Positions 10,005-19,652 of a DNA stretch of 64,000 bases are shown in pieces (the first letter of the stretch is position 1; each line of letters starts with the position of its first letter). The position numbers were made by a program, and so were the translations under genes. Source of the stretch: Alphaproteobacteria bacterium (GTDB taxonomy: Bacteria > Pseudomonadota > Alphaproteobacteria > RF32 > CAG-239); the NCBI GenBank assembly GCA_045637985.1, contig JAZUAM010000011.1, positions 2,764 through 66,763 on the forward strand, written 5' to 3'. The notes under the pieces were generated by a model, which saw only the letters and a program-made list of their open reading frames with translations, was not told where the DNA came from and made no database searches.

Positions 10005-11141
10005 TCAGATATTGTTTTTTGTAAAGAAGGCAACTAATTCACTGTGATTAGAATAAGTAAACTGGTCTACCATTGTTATCTCTCGCAGAGCATATCCTCC
10101 TCTTATTAAGGAATTGGCATCATTAACAAATGTCGACGGATTACAGGAAACTGCAACAATAATATCCGGTTTATTTGCCGATGATGCAATCTTTTCACAT
10201 ACGGCCTTAGCTCCGGCACGCGGAGGATCAAACAATATTGCCTTAAAATTTTTCAGTTCATTGTCATCCAAAGGGTATTTAAACAAATTTTTGTTATATA
10301 TTGTAATGTTTTTAATTTGGTTAGCATTTACAGAATCGTAAAAACCTTTGAGTAACGATGCGGAAGAATCCACTGAAACTACTTTAACATCCGGAATATC
10401 CGCTAAAAGATATGAAAATGTTCCTACCCCACAAAACAAATCGGCTATATTTCCTTTTATGTTAGCGAAATATTTGATAATAATTTCCCCTAGAGCATTT
10501 TGTCCTTCTTGTGACGGTTGTAAAAATGTTCCTGCGGGAATATACACATTATAGTTGCCTATTTTGATATATGGTTTTGTTTTTTCGACAATGGTTTCAG
10601 CTTCAGAATTAGCTGTTGTACGATGAGATATACGAATAATACTGTTTTCTTGATGTATCATTTCGGCTATTATCATTTGCTGATTCAACCCTATCGGAAC
10701 ATCAAACTCCAATACGACATCTATTCCGTTATCAGCTTGGCATAAAGATACATCGCCTTTATTTATGTTGTGAATTATGTTTTTTTTGCCTTTTCTTTCA
10801 CTAAAAGGCTCTGCACAAATTGCGCTTACTATCTTTTTTATAAATGGTATTATACTATTTATTTTTGTTGTTAATGACGGACAAAAAGTTATATCAACAA
10901 TTTCATGTGACGATTTGCGATTAAAGCCCAAAAGCAGTTGTTTTTTCTTGTATTCGAAAGCAAATGTTGCTCTGCGTCGACAACCGTCTTCAATAAACAC
11001 CGCCGGTTTTATCTCGTAATCATTTGATGATATAGATGAAATTGTTTGAAGAAACTTTTGTTCCTTTTGATGGCGATATAAGGGGGCATCCATTCCTCGA
11101 TAACAACAACCACCGCATATTTCAGATACCTTACAATCCAA
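10005..11141 (-). CDS. rlmD: 23S rRNA (uracil-C5)-methyltransferase, RumA/RlmD family
   Basis: 378 aa. N-terminal Cys cluster (CGGCC). SAM-methyltransferase motifs DLFCGVGTFS and LFDPPRAGA. C-terminal SCNPSTF motif typical of the TrmA/RumA family. Confidence 0.75.
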   Translation of the reverse strand: MDCKVSEICGGCCYRGMDAPLYRHQKEQKFLQTISSISSNDYEIKPAVFIEDGCRRRATFAFEYKKKQLLLGFNRKSSHEIVDITFCPSLTTKINSIIPFIKKIVSAICAEPFSERKGKKNIIHNINKGDVSLCQADNGIDVVLEFDVPIGLNQQMIIAEMIHQENSIIRISHRTTANSEAETIVEKTKPYIKIGNYNVYIPAGTFLQPSQEGQNALGEIIIKYFANIKGNIADLFCGVGTFSYLLADIPDVKVVSVDSSASLLKGFYDSVNANQIKNITIYNKNLFKYPLDDNELKNFKAILFDPPRAGAKAVCEKIASSANKPDIIVAVSCNPSTFVNDANSLIRGGYALREITMVDQFTYSNHSELVAFFTKNNI

Positions 11142-11145
11142 ATTT

Positions 11146-12852
11146 TTATTCCTCTTTTGAAGTTTCTGTCAAATTTTTGGTATCCGCACCATCAAGTAAG
11201 GATATTTCGGCATTATTTTCTTTATCAAAAATAGGATGCTGAGTTCGCTTTTCATCCTTTACTATTTGAGATCCTTGTTTTTCAAAAGATTTTAAATCTT
11301 CTTTTGCAAAAACTTCAACTCTGTTGCGTCCATTTTGTTTTGCTCGATACAATGCCTCATCTGCCGTTTTAACCAACATATCTACATTATCAGAGATATC
11401 GGAAGACGAAACACCGACGGACACTGTGAATCTGACTTCTTGGTTATCATCTGAATATACAACTATGGTAGAAATACTTTGACGCAATCTGTCGGCAACT
11501 TTTGCAGCTTGAATTGCATTAATTTCCGGTAAAAAGATTATAAATTCTTCGCCCCCGTAACGAGCAACAATATCTTTGTCACGCAAAGCTTTTTCTGCTT
11601 TTGATGCAAGCTCAATTAATACCTTATCTCCTGTTTTGTGACCATATGTATCGTTTACGTTTTTAAAGTGATCCGCATCTAACATTAAGACACTGTATGG
11701 AAGCTTTTCATTTTTAGCTTTTATAATTTGCTTTTTGACTTCTTCTTCAAAATAACGACGATTGTAAAGTGATGTCAAAGGATCTCGGGTTGCTTGATTT
11801 TGTAATAACACCTCACGATTTTTTCGAGATGTGATATCTTGAAAAGCGGAATATAAAGCAACATCATAGTTGAAATCTATAATATTTGCAGAAGTTAATA
11901 ACCAAAATGGAGTATCTGTTGTTGATGTTTTTATCAGCACTTCAAAATCTTGAACTTCTTTTTGTTCTTCGATACGTTCCAACAATAATCTTCGGTTATC
12001 CGAATCGGCAAAAAAGTCTTTAAGATGATATCTATCAAATTCATTTGCGTTTACGCCAAAAAGTTTTGATGCATTATCATTTGCCATTATTATTTTATCA
12101 TCACTTAATCTTGATATTATGATAGGAAACGGTGATAATTTGATTATGTCTTCTATACGTTTGTTATACTTTAATATTTCCTGTTCCGCTTTTGCTAAAT
12201 CATCTGAAACAGAATCGCTTTTCATTAATAAAAATGCTAAGGCAAATACTATATATGTTACAGGAACCATATACCATGGAGCATATATTTGGAAAAATTT
12301 TAATGCTATTATAATTATGGTTGATACAGAAATAACAAGTGCCAATCCATAACCGTTATTATTTTTAGATGAAAAACGCGCGGCTAATCCTACCGATAAA
12401 TATAAAAATGCTGCCAACGGGAATATTAACCGCATATTATTGACGATATCACCGGCAGGAATGACTACGGTAAATAATACTACTGCTCCTATTCCCAAAC
12501 CTCCAAGTATCCAAACCGGCAATGATGAACTTCCTTTAGAAGAATTTGATATAAATCGGGATGCTGCTGAAGACATACAAATCATTGAAATTAATAACAA
12601 AACCAATTCAAACATTACATATGTTTCTACTTGTTCGCCTTGTTCATATGCAACAACAGCTTTTGCTTCAACCCAAGAGCCTATAAAATCAAAAACAAAT
12701 GCTGTCATTAAAAAACTTATAGGTGAAAATAAATGGTCTTCTTTTACAGAATATACGGCAGACACCAAAAGACAAACAAATGCAAATATTGTTATTTGGA
12801 TTCCCATCGGGGCTGAAAAAATTTCAAAATTTCCCATTTTTGTTCCTTGCAA
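11146..12852 (-). CDS. Membrane-anchored PAS-GGDEF diguanylate cyclase
   Basis: 568 aa. About 6 N-terminal transmembrane helices, a PAS-like segment and a C-terminal GGDEF domain (RYGGEEF, DTYGHKTGD). Confidence 0.85.
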   Translation of the reverse strand: MQGTKMGNFEIFSAPMGIQITIFAFVCLLVSAVYSVKEDHLFSPISFLMTAFVFDFIGSWVEAKAVVAYEQGEQVETYVMFELVLLLISMICMSSAASRFISNSSKGSSSLPVWILGGLGIGAVVLFTVVIPAGDIVNNMRLIFPLAAFLYLSVGLAARFSSKNNNGYGLALVISVSTIIIIALKFFQIYAPWYMVPVTYIVFALAFLLMKSDSVSDDLAKAEQEILKYNKRIEDIIKLSPFPIIISRLSDDKIIMANDNASKLFGVNANEFDRYHLKDFFADSDNRRLLLERIEEQKEVQDFEVLIKTSTTDTPFWLLTSANIIDFNYDVALYSAFQDITSRKNREVLLQNQATRDPLTSLYNRRYFEEEVKKQIIKAKNEKLPYSVLMLDADHFKNVNDTYGHKTGDKVLIELASKAEKALRDKDIVARYGGEEFIIFLPEINAIQAAKVADRLRQSISTIVVYSDDNQEVRFTVSVGVSSSDISDNVDMLVKTADEALYRAKQNGRNRVEVFAKEDLKSFEKQGSQIVKDEKRTQHPIFDKENNAEISLLDGADTKNLTETSKEE

Positions 12853-12988
12853 TAATTATTATTTAGTTTAACATTGAGTATAGTATTGCTAAAATATAAT
12901 AAAGTTTAGTTAAAAATTTTGATGAATATTTAATTTTTTTGAGATAGTCTATGTTTTGATTAAGTAATACATTTCGAGGAAAATACTT

Positions 12989-14161
12989 ATGAACAATACC
13001 ACCCCTAATCACTTAAGCAATAAATTGGATTTTGATTATCATAAAGATCGATCTTTTTTAACTGATAGAGCAAATATTAAACTGTTACTTCCGGGAATTG
13101 TATTCGGTTTTTTGTTGTTTTTGCTCGGTATATATGAATGGTTTAATGCGTTTAAAACCGGTGGTGAAGAAATTATTCCTTTGGGAGAAAAAGTAATTTA
13201 CCAACCCTTTTTGGCTGTATGGTTTTTTGATCTTTGTTTTGTGATTGTCGGTTTGGGAATGGTAGTTACTAATGTTTTTCTGTATTTGCGTTATAATAAG
13301 TATAAATTTAACAGGGATAAAGTTACAATCATAAAACGTCTGGTTTTTCGTGAAAAACTTATTTTACAGGAAAGTTTAAAGAATTATACCGGTGTACGAT
13401 TTAGAGTCGAGTTTTTACAGTCGGGATTTTTAACTCAGAATCGTTATGTTATAGAATTGTATCATCAGAATCCTGAAAAGATAATTCCGTTGTATCTGTC
13501 GACATCAGCTAAGGGAATTCGTCGTAAATGGAAGGAATATGCTCGCGCGTTTAAATTGCCGGCATTAATAAACACAGATGACGGATTAAAAGTTATTGAC
13601 TTAAAAAATCTTAACAAGTCAATAGCCCAACAAGTTAAAATGAAAATAATTAAGGATACGTATGATGCTTATGATAACCTTCCGTCATCAATAACGTTTG
13701 TACGTAAAAAAGATAAAATGGTGTTGAAGGTCAGAAAAATTGTTTGGGATGCTTACAATATGTTGGCATGGGCAGCTATTTTTGTGGTTGGCAGTGTATT
13801 GATTGTTATATTGAGCAATTTGGACACGTATCGTCAATCGTACGCATCCGCATTATATATGATGTCGTTTATTGCAATTATGATAATTGCTGTTGCAATC
13901 CAAATTTTGTTCCGTAAAGAAAAATTGGTAATAAAAAAGCACAAAATTGTAAACACTCACAAATATATGCTGTTTTCGACCAAACATAATGAAATATTTA
14001 AAAAGGATATTGAGGCTATTGAGGTTACGGAGAATCCGGTAACGGGAAGATATTTTGTTTCTGTTATATCCGAAGATAATACAATTACTTTCGGCGCCAA
14101 AATGGCCATTAAAGATTTACAATGGATAAAACGATTTTTGATACACGAAATAATAAAATAA
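12989..14161 (+). CDS. Hypothetical membrane protein with an internally duplicated 2-TM plus soluble-domain architecture
   Basis: 390 aa. It has two pairs of transmembrane helices, around residues 25-95 and 250-300, each followed by a roughly 100-aa soluble segment. The layout resembles tandem bacterial-PH (YdbT-like) modules, but this is inference only. Confidence 0.45.
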   Translation: MNNTTPNHLSNKLDFDYHKDRSFLTDRANIKLLLPGIVFGFLLFLLGIYEWFNAFKTGGEEIIPLGEKVIYQPFLAVWFFDLCFVIVGLGMVVTNVFLYLRYNKYKFNRDKVTIIKRLVFREKLILQESLKNYTGVRFRVEFLQSGFLTQNRYVIELYHQNPEKIIPLYLSTSAKGIRRKWKEYARAFKLPALINTDDGLKVIDLKNLNKSIAQQVKMKIIKDTYDAYDNLPSSITFVRKKDKMVLKVRKIVWDAYNMLAWAAIFVVGSVLIVILSNLDTYRQSYASALYMMSFIAIMIIAVAIQILFRKEKLVIKKHKIVNTHKYMLFSTKHNEIFKKDIEAIEVTENPVTGRYFVSVISEDNTITFGAKMAIKDLQWIKRFLIHEIIK

Positions 14162-14245
14162 ATAAAATTTGTTTTGATTAAATGTGTTTATTCAGATATA
14201 AAACAATTAATGTCAGATATGTTTTTTGTGGAAACGGAGAAGATT

Positions 14246-14926
14246 ATGAATAAGAAAAAGTTGCAAGATCAAATAAATGAAGATGCTTTGTTGCGTGAAG
14301 TGGTTGAAGATGTAAAAAATGAACAGTTGCAACAACTTTGGGATAAATATGGTTTGTATGTAATTGTGGGAATTGCTCTTGTTTTAACAATTGCTATAAG
14401 TTTTGAAGGAATTAAATCTTGGCGAGATAAAAAACATCAGGAATTATCAAACGCATATGCCGTTGCGATGTCTTTACAAAGTCAAGGTCGTCTAGATGAA
14501 AGTTTGGATATTTACAACACATTGGCAGAAAAAGCATCCGGTATATATGATGATTTGGCAAAGATGCAAATTGCAAATATTTTTTTGGAGCAAGGAAAAA
14601 AAGATGATGCTTTGAATATCTTGGAAGCATTAACGGATAATAGCGATACTTTGCCGCAAATGCGTAATATTGCGGCGATAAAATTGGCTTCTTATAAAAT
14701 GGATATGGGAGTATCCGCCGAAGAAATTGTTGCATTATTAACGCCGGTTATTCAAGATGATTCTCATTCTGATATTGCCAGAGAACTTTTGGCGATGTTA
14801 TATCTTCGCGAAAAAAATGTAGATAAAGCCGAAGCTGAATACAAACAAATTATTGCATCGGCAACAGCTTCAGAAGCTATTAAAACACGAGCTTCTGATA
14901 TGCTTAATCTATTAAACGAAAAATAA
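14246..14926 (+). CDS. YfgM-like membrane-anchored TPR-like protein
   Basis: Start chosen at MNKKKL, where a GGAGA sits 5 nt upstream. One transmembrane helix, then a helical/TPR-like domain. It sits immediately upstream of bamB and der, the conserved yfgM-bamB-der synteny. Confidence 0.55.
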   Translation: MNKKKLQDQINEDALLREVVEDVKNEQLQQLWDKYGLYVIVGIALVLTIAISFEGIKSWRDKKHQELSNAYAVAMSLQSQGRLDESLDIYNTLAEKASGIYDDLAKMQIANIFLEQGKKDDALNILEALTDNSDTLPQMRNIAAIKLASYKMDMGVSAEEIVALLTPVIQDDSHSDIARELLAMLYLREKNVDKAEAEYKQIIASATASEAIKTRASDMLNLLNEK

Positions 14927-14946
14927 AACATTATAGGAAAGTCCAA

Positions 14947-16266
14947 ATGATAAAAAAAATAGTTTATGGTTGTTTTGTTGCTACAACTTTAGCAGGATGT
15001 GGTATATTTGATAAAGCCCCTTTAGATATTGAAGGAGAAAGAATCAGTGTTATCAAAGAAGATAGAAATTTGAAGCCTGATTACTCGGCAAAACAAGTAA
15101 AAGTCCGTTTACCAAAGTCTAAAGTTAATTATTTGTGGTCGCAGAACGGACTTTCGTCCGAACATAACGGCGGACATTTGAAAGCCGGCGGAAATTTGGA
15201 TGAAATATGGAATGAAAGTTTTGGGGAAGGTTCGTCAAAACGTAATGTTTTAATAGCATCTCCTGTTGCTGATAATGTTAATGTTTATACTGTTGATGCG
15301 GAAGGTGAAGTTAGAGCTTTTGCTTTAGAAACCGGTAACGAAGTCTGGGAAAAGGAACTAAAACCGATAAATGAGGAAGCGGAAGATGCTTCCGCATCCG
15401 GTGCCGGACTAGCAATTTTTGATAATAAACTTTTTATAACAACAGGTTTCGGAGAAGTGTTTGCATTAAATAAAGAAAATGGTGAAATCGTTTGGAATAA
15501 AAATATTAAATCGCCAATAAGAATTGCTCCAAGCGTAAATGATAATTTAGTCATTATTCAGACATTGGATAACGGTATTTATGCTTTAAATATAAATGAT
15601 GGCGAAATTATGTGGAAGGATAAATTAGAAGAAGAAGCAACCACAATGATCGGAGGAGCAACCCCGGCATATAGTGCAAAAAAAGACTTGGTTGTAGCAG
15701 CTTTTTCAAACGGACAATTACAAGCATATAAAGCCTCAACGGGGACTCCTTTATGGCAAGAGTGGTTAGTACCGGCTTCCAGCACAGATTCTATGTCTGA
15801 TATTACTGCCGTAAAAGCGAATCCTATTATTGATGATGATAAGGTTTTTGCAGTTGGGTATAATACGCCTTTGGTTGCTATTGATATCAGAACCGGAGTA
15901 AAAATGTGGCAAAAGGAAATAGCTGCAGCTTCTCAGCCTTGGTTGGCCGGAAAATTTTTGTTTGTTTTGACAACCGATGGGGATTTGGTTGCCATAAATA
16001 AAGATGACGGAAAAATTGTTTGGACAACTATTGTTCCTTATGCTCCGGCTGATGAAAAAATCGGAGTATTTACAACAGGGCCTATATTGGCAAATGATGC
16101 TCTTTTGATTGCATCTTCAAACGGAAAATTATTTTCGGTATCTCCATACAATGGAAGAATAATGGGTGTAGCTGATATTGAAGAAGGTGTTGAAACAGCT
16201 CCGATATTGGTTAATGAAACATTGCTTCTGTCTACAAAAAATGCAGAAATTACAGCATATAAATAA
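14947..16266 (+). CDS. bamB: Outer membrane protein assembly factor BamB (PQQ-like beta-propeller lipoprotein)
   Basis: 439 aa. Lipobox TTLAGCG. Repeated PQQ/WD-like blades (GEIVWNKN, GEIMWKDK, GKIVWTT). Located just upstream of der. Confidence 0.8.
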   Translation: MIKKIVYGCFVATTLAGCGIFDKAPLDIEGERISVIKEDRNLKPDYSAKQVKVRLPKSKVNYLWSQNGLSSEHNGGHLKAGGNLDEIWNESFGEGSSKRNVLIASPVADNVNVYTVDAEGEVRAFALETGNEVWEKELKPINEEAEDASASGAGLAIFDNKLFITTGFGEVFALNKENGEIVWNKNIKSPIRIAPSVNDNLVIIQTLDNGIYALNINDGEIMWKDKLEEEATTMIGGATPAYSAKKDLVVAAFSNGQLQAYKASTGTPLWQEWLVPASSTDSMSDITAVKANPIIDDDKVFAVGYNTPLVAIDIRTGVKMWQKEIAAASQPWLAGKFLFVLTTDGDLVAINKDDGKIVWTTIVPYAPADEKIGVFTTGPILANDALLIASSNGKLFSVSPYNGRIMGVADIEEGVETAPILVNETLLLSTKNAEITAYK

Positions 16267-16275
16267 GGGAACAAA

Positions 16276-17625
16276 ATGGTATTAAAAGTTGCTATAGTCG
16301 GACGACCGAATGTTGGAAAGTCAACCTTATTTAATCGCCTTGCCGGTCGAAAGATCGCTATTGTGCATGATGAACCCGGTGTAACCAGAGACCGAAAAAT
16401 GGCACCGGCAAAGTTACATGGACTGGCTTTGGAAATAATTGACACTGCAGGATATGAGTATTCAAAAGAGGATAATATTGAAAAAAGAATGTGGGAACAA
16501 ACGCAAAAAGCGATTGATGATGCTGATGTGGTGTTGTTCTTATTTGATGCCAGAGCCGGAATTCAACCATATGATGAACATTTTGCAGATTTAGTAAGAC
16601 AGACACATAAACCGGTTGTTTTGTTGGCTAATAAATGTGAAGGAAAGCAACAAGAAGATAGTATTTTTGAAGCTTACAAACTCGGATTGGGACAACCGAT
16701 TGCTTTTTCGGCTGAGCATGGTTTGGGAATCCAAGATTTATATGAAGCATTGCTTGAAGAATCGCATAAAGTAGTTGTTGAGACAAATGAACAACAAAAT
16801 GAGGACAAACAAAAACCCATTCAACTGGCTATTGTCGGACGACCGAACGTCGGAAAATCGACACTGGTTAATGCTTTACTTAATGATGAAAGAATGTTAA
16901 CAGGACCGGAGGCCGGTGTTACCAGAGATGCTATTACCAACGAATGGGAATATATGGGACGTAAAATAAATCTGGTTGATACTGCCGGTTTAAGAAAACA
17001 GGCAAAAGTGGCAAACGGTTTAGAAAAAATGTCTGCAGCAGCAACAAAACATGCTGCTTTTATGGCTCAGGTTGTTGTTTTGGTTCTGGATGCTGATGGT
17101 GTACTTGATAAACAGGATTTGACAATCGCAAGACAGGTTTTGGATGAAGGTCGAGCTTTAGTTATTGCCGTAAATAAATGGGATATAGCAAACAGAAAAG
17201 AAGTATTGGATAAACTTAATTATAAACTGCAAACATCGTTAACACAAGCCGAAGGGATTCCGACTGTTACAATTTCAGCCTTAAAAAAAGAAAATCTTGA
17301 TAAGTTAATGCGTGCCGTATTTAAGGTTTATGACAGATGGAATAAACGAATACCGACGTCTCCATTGAATCAATGGTTTGCCGATATACAGGATAATAAC
17401 CCTCCCCCGTTGGGAAAAAATAAACGTCGGATTAAATTGCGTTATATTACTCAAGCTAAATCACGTCCGCCGGCATTTTATATATTTTCAAGTAATCCTG
17501 AAGGTTTGCCTGATTCTTATTTGCGCTATTTGATTAACAATTTGCGTGATACTTTTGATTTGGGTGGTATTCCTATAAGAATGACTGTAAGAAAAACGGG
17601 AAATCCGTATGCCGACAAGGATTAA
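16276..17625 (+). CDS. der: Ribosome-associated GTPase Der (EngA)
   Basis: 449 aa. Two tandem GTPase domains, each with GRPNVGKS and DTAG motifs, plus a C-terminal KH-like domain. Confidence 0.93.
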   Translation: MVLKVAIVGRPNVGKSTLFNRLAGRKIAIVHDEPGVTRDRKMAPAKLHGLALEIIDTAGYEYSKEDNIEKRMWEQTQKAIDDADVVLFLFDARAGIQPYDEHFADLVRQTHKPVVLLANKCEGKQQEDSIFEAYKLGLGQPIAFSAEHGLGIQDLYEALLEESHKVVVETNEQQNEDKQKPIQLAIVGRPNVGKSTLVNALLNDERMLTGPEAGVTRDAITNEWEYMGRKINLVDTAGLRKQAKVANGLEKMSAAATKHAAFMAQVVVLVLDADGVLDKQDLTIARQVLDEGRALVIAVNKWDIANRKEVLDKLNYKLQTSLTQAEGIPTVTISALKKENLDKLMRAVFKVYDRWNKRIPTSPLNQWFADIQDNNPPPLGKNKRRIKLRYITQAKSRPPAFYIFSSNPEGLPDSYLRYLINNLRDTFDLGGIPIRMTVRKTGNPYADKD

Positions 17626-17626
17626 A

Positions 17627-17664
17627 AAAAATCCCCTTTGAAGTTTTTCTTCCGGGGGATTTTT
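17627..17664. terminator. Putative bidirectional terminator hairpin
   Basis: AAAAATCCCC...GGGGGATTTTT inverted repeat between convergent der and a hypothetical gene. Confidence 0.4.
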
Positions 17665-17666
17665 AA

Positions 17667-18017
17667 CTATTGTTTTAGAGCTGCCTCTTCCCAAGTCTTA
17701 AGACCTATTTGCGTCCAATCAACGGGTATTTTGTCAACAATATTCATATCGGCAATGTAGGCCTCTTTGATATTTTCCATAACAGTTTCAACTATTATGA
17801 CGGCACGAGCTTTGCGCAACTTATTACGTACTTCCGGATTGATGTAATCAAGAATGATTTTTTGTTCATCGTTGCGAACAAAAAGAGCGTGATCAAAACC
17901 ATCATATATTATTTGAGGATGAACCGGAGTATCTTTTTTGGCTCCAATATAAATATAGAGTTCACCTGTTGTGTTTTCTGCAACAAAATATTGTTTTTCT
18001 GTTTCGTATCTGGCCAT
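17667..18017 (-). CDS. Hypothetical protein
   Basis: 116 aa with no motif. Its start overlaps the stop of the upstream ORF, suggesting translational coupling. Confidence 0.45.
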   Translation of the reverse strand: MARYETEKQYFVAENTTGELYIYIGAKKDTPVHPQIIYDGFDHALFVRNDEQKIILDYINPEVRNKLRKARAVIIVETVMENIKEAYIADMNIVDKIPVDWTQIGLKTWEEAALKQ

Positions 18018-18514
18018 TAACGTACCCTCCTAATACGATTATCCAATAATTTGGTCGGCATTACTCTCTGTTTTTTAGTAACGTTATCGCCACCACAATT
18101 ATATATAATTTTTTGCGTATCAGAATTTGGTATGCCTTTATAATTTATTTTACCACCATCAATAAATTTATTCATTTGCTTAACATTTTGAGCATTCATT
18201 TCATAAGTTTTTTTATTGCCTTCATCATCAATACTTGTAATTTTCATGAATCCTTCAGGAGTTACTTGATACAGAGCTTTCAAACCACCCATATCATCAC
18301 CATCTTGTTTGATGTCAATAAGATTAAAAGAATAGAAAATATCTTCTTTACCATCCGGGCGTTGTTCTTTATACATAACAATGTCATCATCATTTCTAGG
18401 ACGATATTCATCAACGATAGGTAAAACTACATCTTTGCCGTCAATCTTAAACGAAAAGACATTATCACCAACGTGAATTATTCCGTCTTTTCCTACTTTT
18501 TGTCTGGTTTTCAT
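18017..18514 (-). CDS. Hypothetical protein
   Basis: Start chosen at MKTRQKV, with an AGGAG 8 nt upstream. A near-consensus sigma70 promoter lies just upstream. No family recognised. Confidence 0.45.
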   Translation of the reverse strand: MKTRQKVGKDGIIHVGDNVFSFKIDGKDVVLPIVDEYRPRNDDDIVMYKEQRPDGKEDIFYSFNLIDIKQDGDDMGGLKALYQVTPEGFMKITSIDDEGNKKTYEMNAQNVKQMNKFIDGGKINYKGIPNSDTQKIIYNCGGDNVTKKQRVMPTKLLDNRIRRVR

Positions 18515-18547
18515 ATCTCTAGCTCCTAAAAACTTATCATTGTTTAC

Positions 18548-18576
18548 ATAATACCATTTTGGACAAAATTTGTCAA
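18548..18576 (-). promoter_or_regulatory. Near-consensus sigma70-type promoter (TTGACA-17-TATTAT)
   Basis: On the minus strand: TTGACA, 17 bp, TATTAT. It lies about 35 nt upstream of the MKTRQKV start. Confidence 0.4.
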
Positions 18577-18635
18577 CAATGATAAATGTATACCTTAGGA
18601 GCAATTGTAAAATAAAACATTTAAGTTTTGTTTAA

Positions 18636-19205
18636 TTACCACTTTATTAAATGGTCGAGAAAAGTATCAACAAAATCTGCACGACGATTTTGATAATCAA
18701 GATAATAAGCGTGTTCCCAAACATCTAAACAAACCAATGGTTGACCGAGATTAAGAGATATCGGACTATCCGCATTTGATGTTGTTACAATATCTAATTT
18801 TCCTTCCTTTTGTACAACCCAACACCATCCGCTACCAAACTGAGATATAGCTTTTGTCTTAAAATCTTTTTTAAAATTATTATATGAGCCGAAAGCATCT
18901 TCAATTTGTTTTAAAAATTTTGTCGGTGGAAGGATGGCTCCGCTATCAGATAATGAATTCCAAAAAAATTGATGATTCCAAACCTGTCCGGCATTGTTAT
19001 AAATTGCTTTATCGGCAGGACGAAAATAACTTTCTTTGATAATTTTTTCTAACGGCATATCTACATAATCGGTATCTTGTATAAGTTCATTTAATTTATC
19101 AAGATATGCTTTATAATGCTTTCCATAATGAAACTGCAGTGTTTTTGATGACATATATGGTTCAAGAGCAGAAAATTCAAAAGGTAATTCTTTCATTTCA
19201 AACAT
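18636..19205 (-). CDS. Superoxide dismutase, Fe/Mn family
   Basis: 189 aa. ELPFEFSALEPYMSSKTLQFHYGKHYKAY and DVWEHAYYLDYQNRRADF motifs. Confidence 0.9.
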   Translation of the reverse strand: MFEMKELPFEFSALEPYMSSKTLQFHYGKHYKAYLDKLNELIQDTDYVDMPLEKIIKESYFRPADKAIYNNAGQVWNHQFFWNSLSDSGAILPPTKFLKQIEDAFGSYNNFKKDFKTKAISQFGSGWCWVVQKEGKLDIVTTSNADSPISLNLGQPLVCLDVWEHAYYLDYQNRRADFVDTFLDHLIKW

Positions 19206-19223
19206 TTTATTTCTCCAAATTGA

Positions 19224-19643
19224 TTACTGAGGATGTTTTTTGATATAAGTATTGGTTCCTATTTCATCAAGCATCTTTTGCTCTTGTGCTTCAAATTCTT
19301 TTTGTTTTGCTTTACGTCGATTTTTATCAATCATCTCATAGGTTTTTTGCTCTTTGAACATATCAGCCATTACATCGCGAATCTGTTCTATTTTTATCTG
19401 TACCTCTTGAATTTGCGCTTCAATTTTTTGGCGTTTTTTTAAATATTGCTCAGTATAAAGACCGAAATCGCAAATTCCCGGATTTTCTGAAACGAATATT
19501 TTTTCTTTTTCATAACTTGATATAAGGTTGTTGAGTTTCTTTTGCAAACTTTCTTCAAGTTCTTGTTCTATAACAAGCAATCTTCGCTGTTCGTCAAGTT
19601 CAAATTTTTTAATTCTTTCAAGTGTTTTAAGAGAATTCCGCAT
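19224..19643 (-). CDS. fliJ: Probable flagellar export chaperone FliJ (coiled-coil)
   Basis: 139-aa charged coiled-coil protein immediately downstream of fliI. The call rests on position and composition. Confidence 0.45.
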   Translation of the reverse strand: MRNSLKTLERIKKFELDEQRRLLVIEQELEESLQKKLNNLISSYEKEKIFVSENPGICDFGLYTEQYLKKRQKIEAQIQEVQIKIEQIRDVMADMFKEQKTYEMIDKNRRKAKQKEFEAQEQKMLDEIGTNTYIKKHPQ

Positions 19644-19652
19644 CTATCGTTC

